Below are positions 1 through 11,173 of a stretch of 64,000 nucleotides of DNA, in pieces (the first letter of the stretch is position 1; every line of letters starts with the position of its first letter). The translations under genes and the position numbers were made by a program. Source of the DNA: Candidatus Omnitrophota bacterium (lineage in GTDB: Bacteria; Omnitrophota; Gorgyraeia; Zapsychrales; JANLHA01); NCBI GenBank assembly GCA_029560465.1, contig JAKQKX010000016.1:1248-65247 (forward strand), read 5' to 3'. The notes beneath the pieces are model-generated. The model had not been told where the DNA came from, did no database searches, and worked only from the letters and a program-made list of their open reading frames with translations.

Positions 1-381
1 TGAATATGTGCATGATCCGTTTAGACGACCCCTAGAATGGGGTGGATTCGTGGGGGCTAAAAACTTCCTTGGGATTTTTTTGTTTTTTCTGACAAAAAAC
101 TTAGTGCAGACATTGGACTTACCTTTCGATTCTTTTATCCAAATTATAAAAAAAGAAAGAATCAGATACTATAGGGGCAGATAAATATTTCCATTTTTTC
201 GTAATTTCATGATGATTTCTTCTGGCTTGCTTTTTTTCTGTTTTTAACCTGTTTTTTGGTGCTTTATCACCAAAAAGGGCTCAATTTTGGGGGCGGGTTA
301 CCATAGTGGTTTTTATGGCTTTTATATGTTATATTATTATAATAAATTTATATAAATTATATAAATAATTTCACTCCCAAA

Positions 382-3300
382 ATGAAAAGTAGCCCGCTTT
401 TTAAATTTTCCACCTGGACAGTTCTTTTTTCGTTTTTCTTTTCATTAATCGCCCCTCCGCGCAGTTCTGCGCAAGAATCATTTTCGCTTCCTGATCCCGG
501 AACGATGATCACCATTACCCCCGCTTTCGTACCCCCCATGTTAAAAGGAATGAAAGTGAATTTGGAAGATCCGTTTACCTTCGATTTCATTTTTGACAGC
601 GGGAATGCCAACCTGACCCCAGAAGAATTGAAAAGCGAGGCCAACAAATTAATTAAATATTTTTTGGCATCATTAACCATCCCCGAAGATGACCTGTGGG
701 TCAATTTATCGCCATATGAAAAAGATCGGGTCATTCCGAAAGAATTTGGCGTTACGGAGATGGGGCGAGATTTACTTGGACAGGATTATATTCTTAAACA
801 ATTGACCGCCTCATTGATTTATCCTGAGAAGGATTTAGGAAAAGAATTTTGGAATCGAGTTTTTTCAAAGGCCAGAGCGCTTTACGGCACAGAAGCCATC
901 CCGATTAATACCTTTAACAAAGTTTGGATCCTTCCAGATAAGGCCGTTGTTTATCAAAACCAAGACACAGTGTTTGTCCTGGAAAGCCATTTAAAGGTTA
1001 TGCTGGAAGGAGATTATCTTTCCCTTAAAGAAAATTTAAGCAATAAAAAATTGGGGATCGATAAATTAGACAAAGAGGCTATTCAGAAGCTGAATGATGT
1101 CTCCGCAGCCATTATTAAAGAGGTGGTTATTCCAGAAATTGAAAAAGAAGTTAATAGCGGGCAAAACTTCGCCAAATTGCGGCAGGTGTACCATTCTCTC
1201 ATTTTGGCGAAGTGGTATAAACAGAATCTCAAGGCCAGCATTTTGAATTGGAAATATTCCGATAAAAGAAAAGTGGTGGGGGTCGATGTCGAAGATAAAT
1301 CGATCAATGAAAAGATTTATGAGCAGTATTTGGAAGCCTTTAAGAAAGGCGTTTTTAATTATATTAAGGAGGATTACGACGTTGCCAAGCAGGAAGTTAT
1401 TCCCAGAAAATATTTTTCTGGCGGCATAGAACTTAAAGTCCCTCTTGAGGTGGAAACAGATCCGGCGATGCTGGCTAAAGCAACGTCGACTGGAAAATTA
1501 AACTGGATTAAAGGAATCTATCGTCAGCCCAGAGTTTCCGCCAGATTTGTCAACGAGTATATAAATCAAAAGTTTCGTGAAGGGGCCGTAAAGGAAGGGC
1601 AGCCGATAGACCTGCCTAACGGCAAACAGGCACAAGTCTATACCGTTAAGGGATTGTTAAAATCAACGGGGCAATTTGGGCACATTGGATTAGGAGCAAA
1701 AGAGAGAAAAGGAGCAGAGGTTGTTTATACGGATGGCGGATTACCGGTCATTTATCTGGACAGTGATTATGCTGAAAATTTAACAGTCAGGGATAACGAA
1801 AAATTCAAGGTTGAGAGGTGGGAAGAGCAAAAGATTGCTTTGGGCCGGGAAAGAGGTTTAAGCCGTCCACTGACCGCGCAAGAGATGCGGCAGTGGATCA
1901 AAAACAACACGACACAAGCCGCTGAATTGTTACAGGAATGGGATAGCCAGGCGCCTTCTTTAGTGCCGTTATTTGAAAAAGCGGAAGCAAAGGGGCTGTT
2001 GCCTTCTGATGAAGAAATTGCTGAGACGTACACGAGAGAAGAAGATTTTAGGGATTTAAATTTGGCGGCTGGCCGTTGGGGCATAAGAAGCGCTTCTTCT
2101 CGGGGGATCATGCCACAACACGCAGCGTATACGGTAGAAGCTGGCGAGAGTTACGATGACATAGTCATAAAAGAGCTTGCAAAACAGAGTGGCGTATCCG
2201 TCGATGATTTGGAGGCGAATTTCGAACGGACTGTTTCTATGCTTGAAGAGAGCCTGGGAAAGACCGGTTTTTCCCAACCAAATGCCGATGTGGTCGCTAA
2301 AAAAATACACGAGATATTCGATCGTCTGATCAAGGTTTATCAGACAAAAACGCAGGAAGCGCCGGGACGGTTACGAATTGTAGATGCGAATACTGTGAAT
2401 GCTTTTGTGATTCGCAAGCGCGCGGATGTGTATTTTTACAAGGGGCTATACGAAGCCCTGTACGATATCTCGACGCGGATGAATGTCCCTCTCACGGAAG
2501 ATATGATTGCTTTTATCATAGCGCATGAGCTTTCCCACGCTTTACAACATACATCCCGTCAAGGCCTCGATATCCGTGACCTTAACGAGAAGGCCTCTCC
2601 ATATCTGATTCAAATGATAAAAAATGGTGAGTACGACGCCGATATGAGAGCCCTTGAATTAATGGATAAAGCCGGATATTCAGTATTCGGCGCGGTTGAC
2701 GCGATGACATTTTTAGAATTCATCACGGGAACTAGCCAGGCCGAAAATGTGTTGAGTTCCCACCCGTATGTGAGCCTCAGAAAACACAGGTTATCACAAA
2801 TTATTTTTGATCAGAAAACGAACGTTTTTACTAATGTCAAGGCTTCAAGGGTTCCTATGGTTGGCAATGGTCGCATAAGGAGCCAGGACGTTGATTTTAG
2901 ACATTTAATGGATAAAAGCGAAGAAGAATTGTTGGCCATGGCGCAGAATGCAGAAAGCCTGGTGGCTTTGGATGAGTTAACGGGGATGCTGGTTCTTCGC
3001 AAGCGTATGAATGCGTTGAAAGGTTTAGTGAGAGAGGACCAATTAAAAGCAGCGTTCTTGCGCGATGTTTATGTTCAGGCTGTGCTGGCGGCAACGGGAA
3101 GAACCTCGCAAGGGATTGATTACTCTGACATGAAAGGTGCGGCGGCCATATATGATTTTGGAAAAGAAACAACAACGGAAAACGTCCTTGAAAGAAATGC
3201 GCCGGCATTTGAAGATAATCCAGATGATGTTATAAAAAAGATAAACGAGTCGCTCAAAGATGACGCATCAAGAGAGGGTGTTGCCGCCAAGAATGTGTTG

Positions 3301-6300
3301 GAAGGGTTGATTTCTTCTGGCAACCGGAGAGTTTATGGCCTTACACAGAATGACTTTGATGGATTTTTACTTCCTTTCGAGGATGTTAAGGATATTATTC
3401 CAATATTTACAAAGAGAAAAGGGGGGCTTAGAGGTGTTTTTGTAAGCAGACAAGAAGGCGCGAGTGTTGATCAAACGTTTTTTGAGGACGCAATGCGAGA
3501 CCCCCAAAGACTTATTTCTGCATTTTTCTACGCGAATTATCTTGGCCAGGAACCATCTGTTGAATTTGGTATCCCCACGACGGAAATGCGCGTAAAGTTA
3601 CAAAGAAGAAAGAATGAAGTGTATTTTGAAAATCCTGCTTATCGGGATACCGGGTCAGCGGAGAATAGAAGACATCTTCAAAATATTGTCCTTCTTCATT
3701 ACGCATTGGCAAAAACCCGTTCCAATATATTTGATAAGTATTTAGATGTTTCATTCCCGGGGATCAAGAGGCTTTTGCAAGTACCTGTACCCGATGTTCG
3801 CCAGCTTTTTGACAGGTATGAGACGTTATTTTCTAAGAAGTATCCTCAACCAATAGCAACTCAATTGGCCGGAAAAAGACTTTATGATTATTTTGGTGTG
3901 AAATTAGAAGGTGCCGGGGATGCCCCCACCGGATTCATTAATGAGGTTTCAAATTTTAAAACACAGGCCAAATCCGAATATGCGGAAGAAGAGGCAGGCT
4001 TTGCAGATTATATGAAGAACAAGGTTGGGGAGTTTGTAGATAGCCATCCTTTAATAATTTTTATGCGAACGGCCATACAACAGTATCGAGATCGGTTGTC
4101 GGTTCGGGATATAGAAAAGTTTGAAGAAACATTGGATCAATTGCGGACAAAAAGATTTGAAAAAAACTATAATTCACATTTGGACAGACAAAATATATCA
4201 AATATTTTAACTAAGCTCGCAGTGGTTTATTCACAAGAACCGCGAAGAGAAGCGCATGTTTCCGCTGTGTTTGCAAATGAGACTAGCTTGGAGTATTACC
4301 TCAAGGAAGAAGAAATTTTATCATTTAAGTCATTGCTGGAATTGCCGGATTGGGCCGTGTCTGACTATTTAAACAGAAAAAGCTATAGTGCCAATAAATT
4401 GATTGAGAATGCGCTGAAACAAGGCACGCCTCTAAGCGAAATATTTGCGTTTATGGGAACCCGCCTTGCGTATGCCGATAGACGAGAAGTTTTCGATAGC
4501 TTATTTTTGGGATGGTTCTCCGAGAATTCCAGGTACTTGTTCGATTTCTTTAAAACAAAGCTTAACAATAATTCACAGGAAATAATCGTGTGGTTCCTTG
4601 GGATGTTTTCCAAAAAGGACGCCCTTGAATTAATTGATAAGTTTTCCAGGGGGCTTTTGTACGAGAGAGCCAAAGACGCCCGCACCAATGTCGATGAAGC
4701 CGCGGAATTAAGAAACCTGGCCATTGCCTTGCTTGAATATATTTACAGGCAGACATCAAAGATATTTCACGCCGATGAAGAATCCGCAAAAGTTTATTTG
4801 GACTTAATAAATGAACGTATTGAAGAATCTGGGAAATCGGGAGATCAAAATTATGTGCGAGAGGTGGTTTACAATGCGCTTATGGTCCTGAGCGCTTCGG
4901 TTGCTCTTAAAATAGAATTCAGTCAACCGGAAGAACCTTCTGAGGATGGAACACCAGATTTTAAGTCTCAAAAGACAAGTCTTTTTCAACGGCAGGAATC
5001 TTTGGGGCGGTGGGAGACTGATTATAATTCACAATTTGCGCTCCATAATTTTGGCTGGAATGATAGAAAAGCAGCTTCTCAATCTGTTTTTGTGAGCCGT
5101 TTAACCGATTTATCAGTTGATCAGCTTAAGAAACTTTTAAAACAGAGATTGCGATACGTGGCGTCGCGAGCGGATGTTGAGTATAGAGGCGAAGTGTTTT
5201 CTTTGTCCAGTTTAAATGATTTTTTTGCAAATTTAATCACTTTAATAATATTAAAAAAAACACGTAACCCAGGATGGGAGAACACTAAGGAAAGCTTAAA
5301 CAGGCTCGATGATTTGATGGGCATCAAGGTTTCCTATTCCCAATATGATAAAAAGACATTTGCTATCCATGCGAAAATGAATTTGAAGATAGACCAGGAT
5401 GAAATCAACACAATATCTTACGACGCGATTAAAGAGAATTTTGTCGGGACTACGATCCCCTCTCCAGAACTTGATTATGTGTGGGGAGCTTATGTGGCGG
5501 CAAATGATCTCCATGGTAATTTTCCGGAAATCGTCCCCTTGCTTCAAAATCCCAACGCTGCAAACGAAAGCATTTACAATCCGATTGTTTTTCTCGAAAG
5601 ACACAAATATGGCAGGAGGGTCTCCTATCGACAAATAGTTCAAAAATTTTTTATGGATTCATCCGTTTACTCGAAACTTTTTAATGCCTATTTGAAAGTA
5701 CAGGGGAAAGGATATGTATACGGTAAATTCAGATCATTGGAAGAACGGCTGGCCTGGATAGCAAGAGTGCTGCCGAACAAGTCGATCATAAAAGACAGCA
5801 TTATTAACCTGTGGGAGACCGATATTTTCCCGGAGATAATCGCTGATTTGCCAGTTTTGGTAAAGTTGGCTCGACAGGCTTCCAGTGAGGGAGAAGGTTT
5901 ACTGCGGGATATGTGGGCGATCCTGGGGGAGATGGACGATGATGTGGGCCGATTAAAAAGGTTAAACGAGCAGATTGATTTATCACCAAAAAAAATACAT
6001 CAATTGTTGGATTTCTATGAAACCGTTATCCCTTTAGCGCTGTCACCCCAAAAAATAGCTCGATATGGAGCAACGGCATATATGCTGTGGCGGTTATTGC
6101 CAGAAAACGCCGGATTAGGCCTCTCGGAAAACCTTGAAGCCTTAACGAAATTTATGCCGGAGCCAGGAGTATTAAGAGACGAATTGTTAATGCGGATCGC
6201 AAACAAGTATGCAATGCGTTTGCAAGACGTGCCTCTTGTTTCTGAGAAATTGTATTCCAATAATTTGTTGTCACGAAGCAGGGACTTAAGAACAGAAGAC

Positions 6301-9237
6301 TTCGTTTCCGAGACCCTGTTACATCTGTTCGGTGGAGCAAAAACGGAAGACAGGAGAGATATTTTGTTGTGGGTCGTGGGCGCGCAGAGCAAGCCACTCT
6401 TCATAAGCGACATCGAGAATAAATATAATATTGATTTTACGACTTTGCCTAGCGACATAAAATTGCTTCCGGCAACAATGCGAGAAAAATTTATTGAAGG
6501 GTTCATGCTTGGTGATAATGGAGTCCTGGATCCTCAAAATGATAACGATAGACTCGTTATGTCCGACTTCTTGGAGCGCCTGTTTTTATACCTGTTCCCC
6601 GAGGGAACCAAGGGCATAGGCAACGAGGAGAGGCTGCTTATATCCAAAGTTTTTCTTATTGTTATGAAATCTTTCCCTCCATATCGAAGAGTACAGGTTA
6701 TAAAGGCCTTGGCGGCCCTACGCGTAAAGGCTGATTTTGAAAAAACAAGCACGGGGGAACGGCTGGCCGTCCTTCTGGGAGTGTTAGGGCCCGTTGGGAT
6801 AAAGGTTGCACAGTATTTATCTGAGAACGAAACGCTGGTTTCAGATGAGAAAATGCGCTCGAGCTTAGGCGCACTACGACACAAAGCCCCGGAGATTACA
6901 AAGATTTCAGCGTTTTCCGTGTTGGAGAAGGAAGTCCCCTTGAGTGAAGTATTGGTGCGAGAAATGGGCGAGCCCGTTGGCGTCGCCTCAATCAAACAGG
7001 TTAATCGCGGGGGATGGCTGGATATCGAGACATTAGCTGAATTGGTGATTCGTAAAGCTCGAGGGGCGGATATGAATGAAGTCAGAGAAAAAATGCGCGC
7101 TTATCAGGCTAAGGAAATTCCATTTTCTGAAGCGGTCGCGTTTGTGGTCGAAAAAGCTCAGCAATATAAAATAAATTTGGAGGAGGCCACGGCCTCGGTT
7201 GTTTTTAAAATTCGACGCCCTAATATGGAAACGACCCTCGGCACAGATTTTGCGGCCCTTGATGATGTGGCTCGGGAATTGCAAGGCACGGCTCATAAAG
7301 GCGAAGCCATTAATATCAGCGATTTGGTTCAAACCGTTAAAGAATGGGTGATCCTCGAGATGCTTTTTAGTAATGAGGCAAAGTTTGCCAAGATGCTTAT
7401 GGACCTGGATTATACGTGGTCTGAAAATTTTCAACAGCAGGCAGGGGTAACAATCGTTCATCCCAAAATATTGTATGTGACGGATTCGCTCATTGTTGAG
7501 GAAGAAATTCAAGGAGCCCCCGTATTAAGTCTTGCGCCGAAGCAACAGCCAATAACGATGGAAGACGTAATGGGCGCGGGATATTCCCGTTCCGAGGCTG
7601 AGCGGGTTTTTGTCGCATTGTCCTCAGTTGACCCTCGGCAAGCGCACCTCACGTTAAGTCTTAAGAAAGCCGGATTCCCAGAGGAAGAATTAAGCAACCT
7701 GACTAAAAGAATGCTTGCTTATGACTACGGGAAACTACGCGAGTTATTACGTCAAATGTTGTTGCACCAAATATTTGTTGATGGTGTTTTTCACGCCGAC
7801 CTTCATCAGGGAAACATCCTCATCACGCCTGATGGCAGGCTTGTGATGATAGATTGCGGCAATGTCGGCAGATTAAACAGGGCTCAAATTGAAGGAGCAA
7901 AAATTTTATTAAAAGGATTGTCGCTCAGAGAAAAAGATCTCATAAAACAAGGAGTCGATGAGATTTTCTTAAATGCCACGTATGAAGACGGAGTTCAGCC
8001 GAAAACTCCCAACATAACGTTAGCCGATATACAGGAAATATTGGGTAAAGGATATGACCTGAAAATGACAATGAACTTGATTAGCGTGAGAGCCGTTCAG
8101 GGAGCAAAGAATACCCCCGGCGGGAAGGATTTCTCGACGTTTTTAAAAGCCTTCACCCAAGCCATGTATCTATTTCCCACAGATCTAATAAACGGTATGG
8201 CGACACTACAGGCAATCGCTCAATATATTTCGATGAGCGAGGAGGATGCGATACGTGCGGCTCAAGAGCAAGCAAAGTATTTTGTCGTGCAGGAGGTAGA
8301 CACGGCTGAGGGAGAAGCCGAAGCTCAAGGAGATATATTACAGATAGCGGAAAGGATTTTTTATAAAAAAACAGAGCGGTCTTTCTTACGTTCGGTATGG
8401 CGACCCATGGTTTTTCGTATGCTGGCAGCTCCTATAAAAAGAGCGACCGCCAAAGCCCCGTCTATAGGAAGCAATGTGATGTCACTTGTTAGGGTGCAGG
8501 GCCGGCAAATTATAGAAGAAAATATTAATGAATTTTTAAAAAGACAGAATTCCGAAATTGGGGATGTAGTGAAGGACATGATATCCGTTCCATTTGCAGA
8601 GAAGTTTGTGACCTCTTATGTGGAGCGTGGCATGAAAGAAAGTCGAGGAGGAAAATTCTTAGCCCCCATCGCGATGCCTTTGTTGAAAGGCGTACTATTC
8701 TTAGTCCGGCCGTTGACGAGGATATATGTTGAGGCTGCCAAAGAATGGGTTGATACCACGGGGAAACAGTATATCGCAAGCATTGCCCCGCACATGACGA
8801 TAAGAGAAGGGATTGATCTTTTATCACAGGTGTTTGTGGACGATTTTTCGAGTATAAAAAAGAAATTTGATGAAGGACGAACCAATGGTGAATCCGTCCC
8901 CCTGGCCACGGAGCCGTTATCAGATATCCGAGTTAGGGAGGACATGCACGGAGGTTCTCAATTAGGCAATGAGAAAACTCTGTTTGCAACCGAAACAAGT
9001 TCTTCGGTTCAACAAAATCCAGGCGGTATTGATTTTAATCTCGATTTGTTGGAGCTTGAAATTCATGGGCAGGAGAGTGATTTTAATTTGCCCAATGTTA
9101 ATCAGAATTTCGACCACATTCAAATAGATGACGGTCTTTTGCCGGTGATTATTAATATAACCCCGATCACGACAACGCTCCCTATCATTTTAGGCACGGC
9201 TGAGAGCGAAAAACAGCAATTGACCAGTGTTCAATAA
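382..9237 (+). CDS. Giant (2951 aa) secreted modular protein: signal peptide, conserved N-domain, M48-like zinc metallopeptidase, long helical region, ABC1/UbiB(AarF)-type atypical kinase, conserved C-domain
   Basis: N-terminal hydrophobic signal (..LIAPPRSSA-QE). The N-domain (to IPRKYFSGG, ~nt 1425) and C-domain (GGIDFN..DGLLPVIINITP, from nt 9022) are shared with 44123..46306. M48 motifs: VNAF, AHELSH (nt 2521-2538), EYDAD, SSHP. ABC1 motifs: GPVGIKVAQYLS, VASIKQV, VFKIRRP, FHADLHQGN, IDCG. Confidence 0.9.
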   Translation: MKSSPLFKFSTWTVLFSFFFSLIAPPRSSAQESFSLPDPGTMITITPAFVPPMLKGMKVNLEDPFTFDFIFDSGNANLTPEELKSEANKLIKYFLASLTIPEDDLWVNLSPYEKDRVIPKEFGVTEMGRDLLGQDYILKQLTASLIYPEKDLGKEFWNRVFSKARALYGTEAIPINTFNKVWILPDKAVVYQNQDTVFVLESHLKVMLEGDYLSLKENLSNKKLGIDKLDKEAIQKLNDVSAAIIKEVVIPEIEKEVNSGQNFAKLRQVYHSLILAKWYKQNLKASILNWKYSDKRKVVGVDVEDKSINEKIYEQYLEAFKKGVFNYIKEDYDVAKQEVIPRKYFSGGIELKVPLEVETDPAMLAKATSTGKLNWIKGIYRQPRVSARFVNEYINQKFREGAVKEGQPIDLPNGKQAQVYTVKGLLKSTGQFGHIGLGAKERKGAEVVYTDGGLPVIYLDSDYAENLTVRDNEKFKVERWEEQKIALGRERGLSRPLTAQEMRQWIKNNTTQAAELLQEWDSQAPSLVPLFEKAEAKGLLPSDEEIAETYTREEDFRDLNLAAGRWGIRSASSRGIMPQHAAYTVEAGESYDDIVIKELAKQSGVSVDDLEANFERTVSMLEESLGKTGFSQPNADVVAKKIHEIFDRLIKVYQTKTQEAPGRLRIVDANTVNAFVIRKRADVYFYKGLYEALYDISTRMNVPLTEDMIAFIIAHELSHALQHTSRQGLDIRDLNEKASPYLIQMIKNGEYDADMRALELMDKAGYSVFGAVDAMTFLEFITGTSQAENVLSSHPYVSLRKHRLSQIIFDQKTNVFTNVKASRVPMVGNGRIRSQDVDFRHLMDKSEEELLAMAQNAESLVALDELTGMLVLRKRMNALKGLVREDQLKAAFLRDVYVQAVLAATGRTSQGIDYSDMKGAAAIYDFGKETTTENVLERNAPAFEDNPDDVIKKINESLKDDASREGVAAKNVLEGLISSGNRRVYGLTQNDFDGFLLPFEDVKDIIPIFTKRKGGLRGVFVSRQEGASVDQTFFEDAMRDPQRLISAFFYANYLGQEPSVEFGIPTTEMRVKLQRRKNEVYFENPAYRDTGSAENRRHLQNIVLLHYALAKTRSNIFDKYLDVSFPGIKRLLQVPVPDVRQLFDRYETLFSKKYPQPIATQLAGKRLYDYFGVKLEGAGDAPTGFINEVSNFKTQAKSEYAEEEAGFADYMKNKVGEFVDSHPLIIFMRTAIQQYRDRLSVRDIEKFEETLDQLRTKRFEKNYNSHLDRQNISNILTKLAVVYSQEPRREAHVSAVFANETSLEYYLKEEEILSFKSLLELPDWAVSDYLNRKSYSANKLIENALKQGTPLSEIFAFMGTRLAYADRREVFDSLFLGWFSENSRYLFDFFKTKLNNNSQEIIVWFLGMFSKKDALELIDKFSRGLLYERAKDARTNVDEAAELRNLAIALLEYIYRQTSKIFHADEESAKVYLDLINERIEESGKSGDQNYVREVVYNALMVLSASVALKIEFSQPEEPSEDGTPDFKSQKTSLFQRQESLGRWETDYNSQFALHNFGWNDRKAASQSVFVSRLTDLSVDQLKKLLKQRLRYVASRADVEYRGEVFSLSSLNDFFANLITLIILKKTRNPGWENTKESLNRLDDLMGIKVSYSQYDKKTFAIHAKMNLKIDQDEINTISYDAIKENFVGTTIPSPELDYVWGAYVAANDLHGNFPEIVPLLQNPNAANESIYNPIVFLERHKYGRRVSYRQIVQKFFMDSSVYSKLFNAYLKVQGKGYVYGKFRSLEERLAWIARVLPNKSIIKDSIINLWETDIFPEIIADLPVLVKLARQASSEGEGLLRDMWAILGEMDDDVGRLKRLNEQIDLSPKKIHQLLDFYETVIPLALSPQKIARYGATAYMLWRLLPENAGLGLSENLEALTKFMPEPGVLRDELLMRIANKYAMRLQDVPLVSEKLYSNNLLSRSRDLRTEDFVSETLLHLFGGAKTEDRRDILLWVVGAQSKPLFISDIENKYNIDFTTLPSDIKLLPATMREKFIEGFMLGDNGVLDPQNDNDRLVMSDFLERLFLYLFPEGTKGIGNEERLLISKVFLIVMKSFPPYRRVQVIKALAALRVKADFEKTSTGERLAVLLGVLGPVGIKVAQYLSENETLVSDEKMRSSLGALRHKAPEITKISAFSVLEKEVPLSEVLVREMGEPVGVASIKQVNRGGWLDIETLAELVIRKARGADMNEVREKMRAYQAKEIPFSEAVAFVVEKAQQYKINLEEATASVVFKIRRPNMETTLGTDFAALDDVARELQGTAHKGEAINISDLVQTVKEWVILEMLFSNEAKFAKMLMDLDYTWSENFQQQAGVTIVHPKILYVTDSLIVEEEIQGAPVLSLAPKQQPITMEDVMGAGYSRSEAERVFVALSSVDPRQAHLTLSLKKAGFPEEELSNLTKRMLAYDYGKLRELLRQMLLHQIFVDGVFHADLHQGNILITPDGRLVMIDCGNVGRLNRAQIEGAKILLKGLSLREKDLIKQGVDEIFLNATYEDGVQPKTPNITLADIQEILGKGYDLKMTMNLISVRAVQGAKNTPGGKDFSTFLKAFTQAMYLFPTDLINGMATLQAIAQYISMSEEDAIRAAQEQAKYFVVQEVDTAEGEAEAQGDILQIAERIFYKKTERSFLRSVWRPMVFRMLAAPIKRATAKAPSIGSNVMSLVRVQGRQIIEENINEFLKRQNSEIGDVVKDMISVPFAEKFVTSYVERGMKESRGGKFLAPIAMPLLKGVLFLVRPLTRIYVEAAKEWVDTTGKQYIASIAPHMTIREGIDLLSQVFVDDFSSIKKKFDEGRTNGESVPLATEPLSDIRVREDMHGGSQLGNEKTLFATETSSSVQQNPGGIDFNLDLLELEIHGQESDFNLPNVNQNFDHIQIDDGLLPVIINITPITTTLPIILGTAESEKQQLTSVQ

Positions 9238-9583
9238 ATTCCTTCAGCTCTTCTGTTATTATTAATCAGTCAAGAATCATGAGTTTCTTAAATGCTAACC
9301 CCTTAGGAATACGGACGCAGGAGATGAATTTTATGAGGGTTTATAAACGGAAAAAATGATATTTGGAGAATAAAGCACCGTCCTCATCAGTCCAGCAGGG
9401 CTTTTTTGAGATATTGAAATGCACCCCCCGCTCCCGCTGGAAAGGAGGAGCTTGTCCTTGTTCCTCGCATGTTTTTTGGGGTGCCCAGGTTGCCCCCGGG
9501 GTCACTTAACCGCCGGGATCTTTTGAAATGCTTGGGAGATATAAATTTTTTATTAACTTCGGGAACAGCAGAGGCTCACAACC

Positions 9584-11173
9584 GTGAAACACAAGAATCC
9601 TTCCAACCCGTTTCGTTTAATCCGCGGGGTGCTTTTCACCCTGACATGGCTTTTCGTTGCCCCAGCCATAAGTTGTGCCACCTTGTCCAATGTTGCCGAT
9701 CACGCGGCCCCTCACAAGTTGTTCAGGCTGACCATGAGCGCGGAAAACCTCCCCGTGGTTAAAGAGCCGGTCAAGCTCCTTACTATTGAGCAAATGGAAG
9801 AGATCAGGACATTGTTTAAAAATGAACGGTTTGGGGCCTTGAGCGTCATGATGGACAAATATCAGTCCGCATCCGAAGCCGATCCAGCGGATGAATTTTT
9901 GATCAGTGCCTTCCTTGATGTTTTTGGGGCGCCCTCCCGTGATTACGAGCGGTTGCTTTTAAAGTGGAAAGAAACGTTTCCCTATAACTATCAGCCGTAT
10001 TTGGCCTTGGCGCAATATTATTACAGTCAGGGATGGGAAAACCGCGGGTCCCAATTCGCCACGGAAACAACAACCGAGCAGTTTCAAAAGATGGAGGACA
10101 GTTTTCAGAAAGCGGAAGAGAACCTCGAGAAAGCTTTAAAGATGAAGCCCAAATTGATGCCCGCGTATTGCATGTTTATCAGTATGTATAATGCCGCAAG
10201 ACCAGAACAGGAGGAGAATGTTTTTATTGAGCGGGCTTTAGAGCTATTCCCCCATTCTTTCCTGGTCTGGTCGAGATGCATCGTAGCCAAAAAACCCCGC
10301 TGGGGCGGCAGTTATGATCAGATGCAGGCTATCGCCAAAGCAGCGGAACAATTTAATAAGGCCAATCCTAACCTGACGAAGTTATATGGTTTTATATACG
10401 CGGATCAAGCGTGGTATCTGAAACGGGCCAAGCAGTATAGTAAAGCGATCGGCCTGTTGCGGGAGGCTTTAGCTTTCGGAGAGCGTTCAAGCCTTCATCA
10501 GGAAATTGCCAAGATTTATTACTATAATTTAGAAGATTACCCACGGGCTTTGGAGGAATGCAATGAAGCGATACGGCTTGGCCCTGGCGCGGAATATTAT
10601 CTTCTTCGTTCCAAAATATATTATAAGCTGGAAAATTACGAGAAATCACTGAGTGACCTGGAAACGGCAAACCGTGTTAATCCGTTTTATGATGAGGTGA
10701 GAAAATGGGTTAAATGGGCTGGCCGGGACCTGATGCTTCAGGGGCATAAAAAATATAAAGCCCATCATGTGCGGGCGGCGATTGGTTTGTTTAATTTGTC
10801 CCTGAAATATAATGACCAAGATCCCGAGACATATCATTGGAGGGGGAAAGCGTTTTTTGACAAAGGCGACGCGGGTTCCGCGCTCAAAGATTTTGAGCGG
10901 GCGCTTGCCCTGAACCCGAGGGATTTTTATTCCGTCAGCATGATCGATTATATCGCCAATTCAGAAGGGCAGTTTGATTTCAGTATCGGATATTGGAGCC
11001 GGTTCCTGAAGCTTGAACCGAACCATTCCGGGGGCTATCTGAACAGGGCCAGGGTTTATTATTATAAAGGGGACTTCGTGAGCTGTTTGCAAGACTTAAA
11101 TCAAGGCTGCCGTTTGGGGAACCAGGAAGCGTGCTCCCGGATTAATAATATCAAAACCAGGGGCAAATTTTAA
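9584..11173 (+). CDS. Secreted TPR-repeat protein with DUF4034-like N-terminal domain
   Basis: Signal-like N-terminus; W-x-x-RG-x-x-FA and PRWGGS motifs typical of DUF4034 proteins; several TPR units (YHWRGKAFF..A..DFERALALNP; YLNRARVYY..G). GTG start is uncertain. Confidence 0.75.
   Translation: MKHKNPSNPFRLIRGVLFTLTWLFVAPAISCATLSNVADHAAPHKLFRLTMSAENLPVVKEPVKLLTIEQMEEIRTLFKNERFGALSVMMDKYQSASEADPADEFLISAFLDVFGAPSRDYERLLLKWKETFPYNYQPYLALAQYYYSQGWENRGSQFATETTTEQFQKMEDSFQKAEENLEKALKMKPKLMPAYCMFISMYNAARPEQEENVFIERALELFPHSFLVWSRCIVAKKPRWGGSYDQMQAIAKAAEQFNKANPNLTKLYGFIYADQAWYLKRAKQYSKAIGLLREALAFGERSSLHQEIAKIYYYNLEDYPRALEECNEAIRLGPGAEYYLLRSKIYYKLENYEKSLSDLETANRVNPFYDEVRKWVKWAGRDLMLQGHKKYKAHHVRAAIGLFNLSLKYNDQDPETYHWRGKAFFDKGDAGSALKDFERALALNPRDFYSVSMIDYIANSEGQFDFSIGYWSRFLKLEPNHSGGYLNRARVYYYKGDFVSCLQDLNQGCRLGNQEACSRINNIKTRGKF

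Noticed and set aside
346-366. 21-bp palindrome ATTTATATAA-A-TTATATAAAT upstream of the giant gene
   Set aside because: Pure A/T low-complexity context and no counterpart upstream of the paralog; cannot be supported as an operator.
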